DNA of 63,445 nt, the filler included. It is 7 parts of 7 records of this genome, joined end to end, with 100 filler letters (N's around TTAATTAATTAA, not from the genome) between each part and the next. Parts side by side here need not be neighbours in the genome. Positions count along the whole stretch, not along the records: positions 37,174 to 44,365 come from SRR31147125_8641; positions 44,466 to 49,870 come from SRR31147125_8652; 5 more parts are not named here. The stretch is one strand, 5' to 3'. The notes beneath the pieces were generated by a model. That model made no database searches and had not been told where the DNA came from. It worked only from the letters and a program-made list of their open reading frames with translations. Numbering within the stretch: position 1 is the stretch's first letter; each line of letters opens with the position of its first letter. Shown piece by piece: positions 40,401 to 49,249 of the stretch. A program made the translations under genes and the position numbers.

Positions 40401-40980
40401 TTGTTATGCTGGTTAAGTTGGATGAAAATGCAAACGCAAAGGCATTTATTTTAACAACAGTCTCCGGAATCACGGGAACTGAAGCAGAGGTTGCACAAAT
40501 GTTTTGAATTATTTCGGTTTGGTCAGAATTGTACAGTATGTTGTCCACTATTACAAAAGATGTATTTGCCTCATCAAGATCAATTGACGAAAGCTTTTCA
40601 CCAGCAGCTAATGAGCCATATGTAATTGAAGATACACTTGCAGGAATGGATATGCTTTCAAGGTTAGAGCACTTAAAAAAAGCACCGTTTGCAATAGAGG
40701 TTATTCCTTCAGAAATAGTTACATGACGCAAAGTTTCATTATATGAAAATGCGTTGTCAATGCTTTTTACTTTCTCCCCGTTAATTGTGGCGGGAATGGT
40801 TAAGCTGGTAGCCGTGCCTTCATATCCTATTATGCTGCCATTTTCAAACTCAAATCCGCTGCTAACTGTTTCTGCACTTGCCGTTTTTGTATTGGACGAT
40901 GACGAATACAGTGAAACCAGCATTAACAGAGTGGACAGAAAAATAATTCCGAGCTTTTTTCTCAATGATAAACCTTTCAT
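37474..40980 (-). CDS. Secreted BspA-type leucine-rich-repeat protein with InlB B-like repeats and a C-terminal peptidase M15A domain
   Basis: Signal peptide, many AF.xC.xL.SI.IP repeats, GY.L.GWY...LYAKW repeats, and C-terminal SGYRC...N...GG..SEHVHGTAADI...IHIDTRG; GGAGG RBS. Confidence 0.88.
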   Translation of the reverse strand: MKGLSLRKKLGIIFLSTLLMLVSLYSSSSNTKTASAETVSSGFEFENGSIIGYEGTATSLTIPATINGEKVKSIDNAFSYNETLRHVTISEGITSIANGAFFKCSNLESISIPASVSSITYGSLAAGEKLSSIDLDEANTSFVIVDNILYNSDQTEIIQNICATSASVPVIPETVVKINAFAFAFSSNLTSITIPETVENIEYGAFSYCSNLSSISVESGNTAYVSKNDVLLSKDEKTLLNYPAGKSNTSITTASISSKITTLESYSFSGCQNLNTLTISDSVNSILGAFEYCPSLVNVEASSGNSSFSSIDGVLTSKDKTTLVYYPAGRTASSYTVPDGITTIDSFTFCNQFNIDTVIMNEGVTTIGMAAFFRCMDLEKLVLPESVTEFGLFAFAEVDNMKIWGYPGSTAEEYAEFWDIPFVAIGSNSEWSYTDNGDGTCTITEYKGTATDVYVPSVMDDLWVYEIACGTFDGFSSIEYITFYESVNTIEASNNEGSEYIFEDCTSLREVYLPASLEKLQTYTAPYKPFKGCTSLVNVIVDEDNSSFYSKDGVLFSSTKTLLIYPSGRTSSSYTIPSNTTGISYTAFDNSYLKEVTVPGSISTLSEGDEKTFKNNIETVYIKDGVTTVEDVFSETSGMDIYFPSSVTSISGFIYADVPHTFYVYEDSAAHIYAEDNSIDYVLLCIVTFQTNEGSSTDAQVVPEGLKATEPDDVKREGYILLGWYTDESLKNEWSFKSDTVEGNMTLYAKWKEGYEIIYHMNGGVNDKDNPDYYIAGDTILLDDPTKDNYTFDGWYTNSSCALKYKFEAIESTTTGTIELWADWWVISAPDVDDDNDDGGADSRSVVDSALSDEREPEISFKSFTNDISYMHENQSITIKGKITIKYADVEEIAVTYSGNSTTLYKYEDGKNRLSSYSYSHTFDVGEINYSSSDKYLISVRLSGSEIYQYSIPIYKYELATEIVNAPYGMYLNSGKSYELRSMSIATNAFKVLEGTYENLTPEICEITDDNKIKPLSSGRAKIQTTIKLEDGSSVTYTSEFNVMEKTADEPSKLERQLMCQCYGKYCSGLPEDGIDPALLELILKIKEESGVTIYVISGYRCEDYNRILGGETDSEHVHGTAADIWTDEITLDELYDICDELNENGGVGKYETYIHIDTRGAYIRWED

Positions 40981-41134
40981 TTTATTAACCTCCCAAGAAT
41001 ATAACAACCCAATGCTATTATACCACTCAATTGTAATGTTTTCAATTATTGGTTATACATCATATCCGTAAAACAGTCTGAAAGGAAGACGAGTGTCTTC
41101 CTATTTGTAGTTTTTGTTTTTCAATTACTTACTT

Positions 41135-43195
41135 TTAGGTTATTTCATCATACAAATTTTTTATTTGTTCTAACTCTTCCTGACTAATTTTTAAATAAAC
41201 CATTCCTCGATTTTGCGAAGTATAATCATAATAGTCTAATTTAACTATGATATCATTGGTATTAGGGGTTATTAGTTCGTTATCTTTAATAATATTTAGC
41301 ATTTTTTCACAATAATAATCTATTTGAGTATAATCAACGGAGGTTATCTTTACATTTTCATCTTCATTAAATATTGCTTCAATTTCAAATTGTCCCACTG
41401 TATAAGGGGTTTCATACATATTAATAAGTAGATTTTTAAATTTTGTTAGATTAACCTCGTTAATAGCCTCCATATAAGCATTTGCAGTGTCAGGCGTATT
41501 TGCTGTGATGTAGTAAATATCAATTACATCCGTACTCCCTATTCTTCCCTTCAAATACAGCAATCCTATTTCTTCTTCAAAATACTGATATTGATTTCTG
41601 TCATCATCAATAATCTCGTATTTATACAATTTATTTTCGTATTTAATTGATTTTCGTGCATCTAAACTCAAACTGTTATATTCTTTTTCAAAGGTTTTAT
41701 AAATTTCAATTAAATTATCATCGTTGCCATTTACCTCTGAAGATACATAGATATTTTTTAAATTTTCTTCAGGGATAATAGCAGTAATATTGTTTGCGTA
41801 TTCAGGGATTTCAAATAGCATTTTATAAATATTTGATATATAAAGCTTGTCATCTGATTCCATTTCCAAATAAGTGGGAACATTCCTGTAAATTTCTTTT
41901 CCAGATTTTAAATTGAACTTGATTAGCTGAACATAGCAAGTTTCTGTATGACTATTAATAAAATTTTCGTTTATATTATATATCATTTCTTCTATAATAT
42001 CATTGTCAGTGAAATCCAATGAAGATGTCAAATATTCACCATATGATATTTTATAGCTATATGAGTAGGCCTCTTTAGATCTACCGTTATTAATACAGCT
42101 GAAGCTATTAATATCGTCAATTTCAACTGTATTTGTTATTTTATTTTCTAGAGTTTGCTGTGCTCCTATACTCATTAATAAAGCTAATGCGGCACAAGAT
42201 AAATATACCCATATACATCTGTTTTTCTTACCTATTTTTCTGTTGACTATGAGTTGATACAAAAATGTTAGCATAAATGCAAATGCAAAATAAGAAATTA
42301 TAATCTTAGTTTCGTAATATTCAATGCATAGTTCGTAATTTTTAGTTATTAACATATAATACATTATAAAAAATGGCACTATACCCATAGTTATAAAGTG
42401 GACTAGTTTATTTTTTGTGTGTACACCAGATAATTCTCCGCTTCTTTTTTTGAACAGTAAATATCCAAATATAATATACGTCAGGCCTAAAAGCAGAGAA
42501 AAGACTATGGCAGGAACATACCTAATTTCTTTAAAATAGCCTAAAGTAGATAAAATATAATTAGAAGGTAAATACAAATCGGGATTTATTACGAAATAGT
42601 CTGCAATGGTATTATGATAGTCAAAGCGATATACTTTTGCTATTGTAAATAGTGCAGGAAGTGTGATTATCCCCGCTGAAAGAATAATAGATGACAATAC
42701 CCTGCCTGTTAAGGTGACAGCTAGAAATATTGCCCCAATTATAACTAGTGAACTAATCAGTGATGCTATTAAAGTAATAATTAAATCACTTAAAAATACT
42801 AGTGTACCTATATATTCAAAAGTTAGAATCATGCCGAGTATTGCAATAAAAATAAGTATTGCAAATTGCATTGTAATTACAGATAACAATTTTGAAAAGT
42901 AAAGTTGTGCCTTTGTATTTGGCAGAGAATAGATATAATCGGTTCGCTTTTTACTCCATACAAAGGATAATGCTAGAAAGCTTAATACAAAACTGCCCAA
43001 TAGAATTACAAGACTTAGAGAATCTATGATGGGATTATATGACTCACTTGAAGTCATAAAATGGCTCATATCATAAGCTGTGTTTTTGTGATTACCTATT
43101 AAAACTACTATTGCAACGAAAGCCACTGCTATAGCACCATATATAATCTCTAGTAAGAACTGTAAATATAGTTTTTTATTAAAATACTTAATCAT
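41135..43195 (-). CDS. ABC-2-type permease with a large C-terminal soluble domain
   Basis: About 9-10 TMs, D.IYSLP.TK.QLY motif and F.KR.GE; downstream of the ABC ATPase. Confidence 0.75.
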   Translation of the reverse strand: MIKYFNKKLYLQFLLEIIYGAIAVAFVAIVVLIGNHKNTAYDMSHFMTSSESYNPIIDSLSLVILLGSFVLSFLALSFVWSKKRTDYIYSLPNTKAQLYFSKLLSVITMQFAILIFIAILGMILTFEYIGTLVFLSDLIITLIASLISSLVIIGAIFLAVTLTGRVLSSIILSAGIITLPALFTIAKVYRFDYHNTIADYFVINPDLYLPSNYILSTLGYFKEIRYVPAIVFSLLLGLTYIIFGYLLFKKRSGELSGVHTKNKLVHFITMGIVPFFIMYYMLITKNYELCIEYYETKIIISYFAFAFMLTFLYQLIVNRKIGKKNRCIWVYLSCAALALLMSIGAQQTLENKITNTVEIDDINSFSCINNGRSKEAYSYSYKISYGEYLTSSLDFTDNDIIEEMIYNINENFINSHTETCYVQLIKFNLKSGKEIYRNVPTYLEMESDDKLYISNIYKMLFEIPEYANNITAIIPEENLKNIYVSSEVNGNDDNLIEIYKTFEKEYNSLSLDARKSIKYENKLYKYEIIDDDRNQYQYFEEEIGLLYLKGRIGSTDVIDIYYITANTPDTANAYMEAINEVNLTKFKNLLINMYETPYTVGQFEIEAIFNEDENVKITSVDYTQIDYYCEKMLNIIKDNELITPNTNDIIVKLDYYDYTSQNRGMVYLKISQEELEQIKNLYDEIT

Positions 43196-44100
43196 TTATT
43201 TTTCCTCCATGATGAATTGTTTTCCATAGCCTAGCTGCTGTAGCTTTATTACAAATATTTCTTCTACAGTTATTGGCAGGACTTCCAGCAGAATAGGATT
43301 GAGTTTGTTAATTTTTTTAATATATCGTCAGTATCACCCTTGGCTATTATTGTATAAAGCTTGCCATTCTTATTGAAGAACTGTAAATGAATTTTAGAAA
43401 AATCTTCTTTAGTTAAAGGAGTTTCAAAAGCACATCGTACTTTAATTAAACCTTTTCTAATGTCATCAATTGCACCATTTATAAGTGATTTTCCGCCGTG
43501 AATCATTAGAAGTGAATCGCACATATCCTCAAGTTCCTTTAAAGAGTGTGATGTGATTACTGTTATCATTTTCCTTTTTATGGTTTCATCAAAAATAAGC
43601 TTTTTTGCGTTTATTCGCATCAGAGGGTCAAGTCCATCCAGTGTTTCATCTAAAAGCAGATATTTTGCATTGCAGGCAAGTGCGGCGGATAAAAGTGCCT
43701 GTTTTTTCATTCCCTTTGATAATTTTTCAATCCTTTTCTTTTTATTGAGATTAAACATAGATAGTAATTTTTCAAATTTTGTATAATCAAAATTTTTGTA
43801 GTACATCTTATATCGTTTTGCCATTGAGTCTATAGTGTCCGAGCGTTCATAAAATATTTCATCGCTTAAAAATAAAATATCTGGAGCATTATGCAGCTTA
43901 TTTCCCAAATTAACACCATCGTAAAAAACGCCGCCTTCCTTTGTATCATACACGCCGGATATCATCCGAAGCAAGGTTGACTTGCCTGCACCGTTTGAGC
44001 CGACTATGCCAAATATTGTTCCGTCATTTATTTGGCAGGTTAAGTTGTCCAATACCCTAATGTCATCAAATGATTTGCTTAAATTTTTTATTTCAATCAT
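43196..44100 (-). CDS. ABC transporter ATP-binding protein (YtrB-like); C-terminus frameshifted in the run at 43312-43318
   Basis: GSNGAGKST, LSKGMKKQ, LLLDETLDGLD and ITSH; adding one A gives the typical LPITVEEIF end with a stop at 43196. Confidence 0.9.
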
Positions 44101-44101
44101 T

Positions 44102-44365
44102 TTACACCTCCTCATATACTTTCTTGACAATTTTTATTATTTCATCCAAGCTGCTTCCGCTTGATTTTGCATCTTTAATAATTCCACGTATGTTTTTCAG
44201 GCTATTTCTTTTCTTTTTTTGATATAATTTCTTTGGCTTTCTTCGTTACGTATCTGCCGCTTCCCGGCACGCTGACGCACAGCTTTTGATTTTCCATTTC
44301 AGCATATGCTCGCTGTAAAGTGTTAGGATTGATTCCTAAATCCTTTGCTAATGTACGGACAGAGG
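44102..44365 (-). CDS. GntR/YtrA-family regulator, 5'-truncated, with an A-run frameshift near 44210-44220 (not in the ORF track)
   Basis: SVRTLAKDLGINPNTLQRAY..ME....SVPGSGRYV, then AKSSGSSLDEIIKIVKKVYEEV*. Confidence 0.85.
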
Positions 44366-44465
44366 NNNNNNNNNNNNNNNNNNNNNNNNNNNNNNNNNNN
44401 NNNNNNNNNTTAATTAATTAANNNNNNNNNNNNNNNNNNNNNNNNNNNNNNNNNNNNNNNNNNNN
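44366..44465. other. Artificial contig-joining spacer
   Basis: 44 N + TTAATTAATTAA + 44 N. Confidence 0.98.
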
Positions 44466-44467
44466 GC

Positions 44468-44656
44468 GCGTATATCGCGGGGGTAAATGATCAAGTGCCG
44501 GTTGAACTGATCAATTTTAATCCAATGTGTTCAGGAAAATACGAGACATTACGAAAGGATTTTATTTCCGATGCGTCGGCATCTCCGTATTCGCGCAGCC
44601 AGTTGAAGGCGTTTGCGCAAATTGTCAGCGATCACGGCTTAAACGTGAAATATTAA
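44468..44656 (+). CDS. C-terminal 62 aa of a probable glycyl-radical enzyme activating (radical SAM) protein (not in the ORF track)
   Basis: AYIAGVNDQVPVELINFNPMCSGKYETLRKDF...FAQIVSDHGLNVKY* resembles the activase ELLPYH.LG..KY..L ending. Confidence 0.6.
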   Translation, partial: AYIAGVNDQVPVELINFNPMCSGKYETLRKDFISDASASPYSRSQLKAFAQIVSDHGLNVKY

Positions 44657-44675
44657 AGAATGTGAGGATGACAAT

Positions 44676-46451
44676 ATGGTGGGAACGAAGGAATATATCG
44701 AGAAAGCAAAACGTGGGGAAAGCGTATATCTCTATGAGGTAAAGCAACGGTTTAACCGCGAAGGAGCAACAGTAAAATGTATGCTTTCGCTGTCCGATGG
44801 CGGTAAAAAAGAATTTCTCATCGGTCTGCCCGAACCAGAAAACAATGAGGAAGCCAGTTTTATCCGCAACTATTTCTATGCGCGTATATACAACATTTTG
44901 TCTATGCTGGGTGGGCGATGCTTGAAGGTTATCACTGAGGATAAAGGCTTTTCTTATACACTGGCGACCGGACTTGAGGAGGTGTTCGGCGTGCATGTCG
45001 AGAGGGCACAGCGAAGAGGATTCGCCAAATGTCTCAACGTGACGGATCGCATCAACATTGCGTTGGGTGAAAAGCCGTTTTATTTTGATGTGGCTCAGGG
45101 TGATACTGCGCTTTCCGGTACGAAAATAGATAACAGCACCTCTGAAGACATCAACGCGGCTTTCAGCCATGCGGTAGAAAAGTCGGCAGAAGGGTTGATA
45201 TGCGGCATGGATGTGGGGGGCACTGACATTAAAATAGTAGGTGCGAAATACGGCCATATTGACCATATAAAGGAATATGACTGGTTTCCCGCAGGGTTTG
45301 CGTGCATTGAGCCTATTATTGATACGGTCATTTTGCTGGCAAGGGTTTCGCGTGCATTGCTTTCGCTGGATCAGAATGTGTCGGAAGAAGTGGAGGGAAC
45401 ACGGCGTGATCTACTCCGGCGCGAGGCAACTGTTGAGGAAATGCAAAAAGGTGTTGCGCAATTGGAAGCTTATCTCGGCAGCGTCACACCACTCGACGGT
45501 ATCGGGTTGAGCTTTCCTGACGTTGTGATACGCAATAAGATCGTAGGCGGTGAGACATATAAGACAAGGGGTGTTAGGGAGCATTCACCTGACTATGAAA
45601 GCGAGTTCAAACGGCTGACCACACTCAACGAAAAGCTGACAATGCTATGTCGCAAGGATGGAGTTGTGCATATTACGAACGACGGGCCTATGGCGGCATA
45701 TACAGCGGCGGTGGAGCTTGCGCATTCACCTCATGCAGACAATGTGCGTGCAGGGATATTTGCTCATACGATCGGCACCGAGCTTGGCACCGGCTGGATT
45801 GATGAAAAAGGTGAGGTGCCGGAGTATCCGCTTGAGGTGTACAACTGTATCATCGATTTGGGCAACGATCCGGCCAAGGCATATGCGTCTTCTGATGTAC
45901 GCAGTCTTAACAATTTTAACACTGGGCTTGCCGGTACGCTGCAAAAGTACACGAGTCAGAGCGGTGCTTTCCGGCTGGCGGAGCAAGACTATAAGTCCGC
46001 GCCTGCGCTTTACGAAGAACTATTTGAAGAGGGATATATTTCGTTTGAAGGTGAAGACATGGTTCCGACCGTGGAGCCTGTTGATCTGCGCAAGAAGTTT
46101 TTGGAGCATCTGATGGCACAGGCGGAAGCCGGGGTATCGGAGGCGGAGCGGATATTTGAGCAAATCGGCGAATATCTCGCGGCGACATGGATGGAGACGG
46201 AGGACGTGATATGCCCTGTGGCAAAGCCGCGTGTGCTGTATGGCCGTTTTGTAAAACGACGCAGATGCTTTGAGTTAATGCTTGCGGGTGCGCGCAAGGT
46301 GCTGCCTGGCATTGTGCTTTCGGCGGCTGACGATGAGCTTGCCTATACGCAGCTGATGCTTGAGCTGAGAGACGATCCCGAATACAGCGTGGCGCAGTTT
46401 GGACAGGCGGCAGGCGCTGTATATTTTGCTACATCAGCGTTCAAAGGATAA
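44676..46451 (+). CDS. Atypical large ROK/ASKHA-fold sugar kinase-like protein
   Basis: GMDVGGTDIK, GIGLSFPDVV, ITNDGPMAA, TIGTELGTGWI and GTLQKYTS; about 170-aa extra N-terminal domain; GAGG RBS. Confidence 0.7.
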   Translation: MVGTKEYIEKAKRGESVYLYEVKQRFNREGATVKCMLSLSDGGKKEFLIGLPEPENNEEASFIRNYFYARIYNILSMLGGRCLKVITEDKGFSYTLATGLEEVFGVHVERAQRRGFAKCLNVTDRINIALGEKPFYFDVAQGDTALSGTKIDNSTSEDINAAFSHAVEKSAEGLICGMDVGGTDIKIVGAKYGHIDHIKEYDWFPAGFACIEPIIDTVILLARVSRALLSLDQNVSEEVEGTRRDLLRREATVEEMQKGVAQLEAYLGSVTPLDGIGLSFPDVVIRNKIVGGETYKTRGVREHSPDYESEFKRLTTLNEKLTMLCRKDGVVHITNDGPMAAYTAAVELAHSPHADNVRAGIFAHTIGTELGTGWIDEKGEVPEYPLEVYNCIIDLGNDPAKAYASSDVRSLNNFNTGLAGTLQKYTSQSGAFRLAEQDYKSAPALYEELFEEGYISFEGEDMVPTVEPVDLRKKFLEHLMAQAEAGVSEAERIFEQIGEYLAATWMETEDVICPVAKPRVLYGRFVKRRRCFELMLAGARKVLPGIVLSAADDELAYTQLMLELRDDPEYSVAQFGQAAGAVYFATSAFKG

Positions 46452-46533
46452 CAAGAGTATTATCAGACGCTTCGAAGATTAACGTGAAAGGTTGGTGTTT
46501 TGAGGCGGTTGCTTGTATCGTTGTTTTATTCAG

Positions 46534-46573
46534 AGAACCTCGTTGTTGTTTAATGTGTAGCGGGGTTCTTTTT
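46534..46573 (+). terminator. Intrinsic terminator after the ROK-like gene
   Basis: AGAACCTCGTTG...TAGCGGGGTTCT stem followed by a T-run. Confidence 0.7.
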
Positions 46574-47018
46574 CAGTTTTGTATACAGGCATTTTAGTTT
46601 TACTATAGCATACTTGTTTTCGTGCAATCATATGCAAGAGATTTAGTACAATTTTCTCGTGTTTTGGGATTTAAGCATCTGTTACAGAGCTAAAAAAACC
46701 AGACTGTTGATGACGACTGTTGAATAAATTGGTGAGTAAAGGCTGTTGTAAATCATAAATTGTGATATATTATCGATAGCATAAATTGATTTATTTGTAT
46801 ATAAAGAGTCTGTCAAATATATGAGGTATATCAAGATTATACGGGATCATGGACGAGTTTGCCTTTTTGGGAGGTTATATAAATAAGCTATGTTTTACTG
46901 CAACGGCTTGATGCGCATAAAGATATAAAATTTGTGTAAAGAAACACATTTCGTTCTTCTTATCTGGCTGCGGTTCATATAGAATTAAAATAGTTTGAGG
47001 TGCAAAGGATTTGCTGCG

Positions 47019-47762
47019 GTGAAGATTTACATTGTTGAAGACAACAAAAAGATATTGGAGAAAGTGGGCGGACATATCGGCGAATATGTTTGTGTCAATG
47101 ACGTTGGCTGTATGGTGAAAACGTATAACAGTCGCTTTTCAGATATTTTAGGTGAAATTGATTCGGATGAGCAGAACATATATTTTTTGGACATTATGCT
47201 GGGCGAGGAGATGAACGGGCTGTCGCTTGCGCAGAAGATTCGCAGTATTGATATCCACGGGTACATAATTTTTATTACCAGCCATATGGAGTTTGCGTTT
47301 CCGGCAATACAGTATAAGATACGTGCGCTCGACTACATCTTAAAGAGCGATGAGGCGCTTCGCGAAAAGGTGCATGCCTGCCTCGATACGGCGGTGGGTG
47401 AGCTGCAAGGGCAGCAGCGCGAAAAGGACGAGCGGACGCTTGTGGTCCGAACGGGCGGTACGCATTTTATTATTCCCACCGAGGACATTATCTTTTTCGA
47501 GACGAACACGCACAAGCGAAGCATTGTATTGCACACAAAGGATAAAACGATTGAGTTCCGCGATTCGCTTGACGATCTGCAAGAGCGCCTTGACGATTCG
47601 TTTTATCGCTGTCACCGTTCGTTTTTAATTAACACAACCCATGTGCAGTCGATATCCAAAAAACGGGGGGACATGTATGTAACGATGAACCATGGGTTCA
47701 CATGTTTGCTTTCATCCAGATACGTAAGGGGGTTGCTGCGCTATGAGCGAGATGATTTATAG
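47019..47762 (+). CDS. LytTR-family (AgrA-like) response regulator
   Basis: KIYIVED, IYFLDI, IIFITSH, ALDYILK, IIFFET and FYRCHRSFLIN. Confidence 0.93.
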   Translation: MKIYIVEDNKKILEKVGGHIGEYVCVNDVGCMVKTYNSRFSDILGEIDSDEQNIYFLDIMLGEEMNGLSLAQKIRSIDIHGYIIFITSHMEFAFPAIQYKIRALDYILKSDEALREKVHACLDTAVGELQGQQREKDERTLVVRTGGTHFIIPTEDIIFFETNTHKRSIVLHTKDKTIEFRDSLDDLQERLDDSFYRCHRSFLINTTHVQSISKKRGDMYVTMNHGFTCLLSSRYVRGLLRYERDDL

Positions 47763-49095
47763 TATACTGCGTGCGTTGCTCAGTACGGCGGCGCTTGCGG
47801 TGACGATGCAGCTGCTGATGAAACCCAAGGCGAGGCTGAACCCTGCGAGGTTTGCCATTTATATCGCGATCGGTGCGTTGGGGTATTATATGTTGTCGTG
47901 GATTCCATATCCGATAGCACGTATTCTCGTATGGCTTATGGTGTTTACATTTCTCACCGTTATCTTTTTTCGCATGGCGGGCAGGCAGAATATATTGTAT
48001 GCAACGGCGGCTTTGCTGCTCGGCGCGTTGGCGGATTTTGCGGTATTCTTTTATCAGGTCGCACTGCCTGCCGGCGCACGTAATTTCTGGACGGTGTACA
48101 TTGTGGATGTACTGATCGTAACAGCAGTATGCGGGCTGTTTTTGCTGGCGTGGAGGTTTTTCTCGCGCAACAATTTAAGAAAGGTATACCGCGTACTGTA
48201 TGCGCGTATTGAGAAAATCAAACCGACCGTATACACACATATTACAATTTATTTGATGATCTTCATTTCAGTGCTCAGTCTGTTTTGGATTTATGAAGCG
48301 GGTGTGCAGACGGGTATTGACAACAGGCGGTTTTCGTTTTACATCCCGTTTCTAATGCTGCCTGTTATCAACCTGCTTGGCTATATGCTCTACAAACTCG
48401 CAATCCGCAACAAGATTAAGCTGGATGAGAAAAAGGAAAAGTATGAGCAGCTGCTCGTGTATACACACATCATCGAAAAGCTGACACGCGATATGCGGCG
48501 GTTCAGGCACGATTATAACAACATTCTGATGACGTTATCCGGATTTATAGACACGGGGGATATGGACGGCCTGCGTGACTATTATACACGCGAGGTGCTG
48601 GAAAACAGCTCAGTCGCGGTAAACAAGAGTAGCGTATTTTTATATGTCGAGATGATTAAATGCGTACCGCTTAAAGGGCTTATTACGACGGCGTTTCAAA
48701 AAGCGATGAAAAAGGACATCAACGTATCGATGCTTATTGATGACTATCTTAATAACACCGGCATGCAGGCGATCGATCTTTGCCGCATCATGGGAGTGTT
48801 TTTAGATAACGCCATAGAAGCGGCAAAGAAATCGGATGAGAAAACGTTGTCTGTATCCATACTCAAAAACGAAGACGGCGATATCAGCATCAGTGTCGTC
48901 AACTCGTTTAAAAAGCGCCCGAATATGAGCCGATTGTTTGAAGAAGGCTATACCACGAAGGGAGAAGGGCGCGGCACCGGCCTTGCGTCTATCGCCAGCC
49001 TCAAAGACAAATATGATCACGTTACGCTTTCAACCGTTATCGACAATCACTTTTTTATTCAAGAGCTGAGCATCAACAATTCCTGTCGCGAATGA
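47743..49095 (+). CDS. AgrC-like (GHKL, HPK10-type) membrane sensor histidine kinase
   Basis: About 6-7 TMs, RRFRHDYNN H-box, GVFLDNAIEAA and GYTTKGEGRGTGL. Confidence 0.93.
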   Translation: MSEMIYSILRALLSTAALAVTMQLLMKPKARLNPARFAIYIAIGALGYYMLSWIPYPIARILVWLMVFTFLTVIFFRMAGRQNILYATAALLLGALADFAVFFYQVALPAGARNFWTVYIVDVLIVTAVCGLFLLAWRFFSRNNLRKVYRVLYARIEKIKPTVYTHITIYLMIFISVLSLFWIYEAGVQTGIDNRRFSFYIPFLMLPVINLLGYMLYKLAIRNKIKLDEKKEKYEQLLVYTHIIEKLTRDMRRFRHDYNNILMTLSGFIDTGDMDGLRDYYTREVLENSSVAVNKSSVFLYVEMIKCVPLKGLITTAFQKAMKKDINVSMLIDDYLNNTGMQAIDLCRIMGVFLDNAIEAAKKSDEKTLSVSILKNEDGDISISVVNSFKKRPNMSRLFEEGYTTKGEGRGTGLASIASLKDKYDHVTLSTVIDNHFFIQELSINNSCRE

Positions 49096-49147
49096 CGCAC
49101 TTTGCGTCGTGAATGAGCCGCATCAAAATCACTATCCTTGCTATAAT
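49085..49147 (+). promoter_or_regulatory. LytTR-type binding site plus extended -10 promoter
   Basis: GTCGCGAATGA (49085) and GTCGTGAATGA (49106) direct repeats 21 bp apart, then TGCTATAAT at 49139-49147. Confidence 0.75.
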
Positions 49148-49249
49148 TTTAATTAGGAACGCACTGTTTTGGTGTGCTTTTTACCTGCAGTTCTTGCTGA
49201 CAAAGGGTTGGCGGGATTGGAAAAACAACAAATAGCAAGGAGCGTTTAT

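Noticed and set aside
44102..44676. Functional link between the GntR-ABC/LRR locus and the activase/ROK-like locus
   Set aside because: They are separated by a spacer and differ in composition, so adjacency is artificial.
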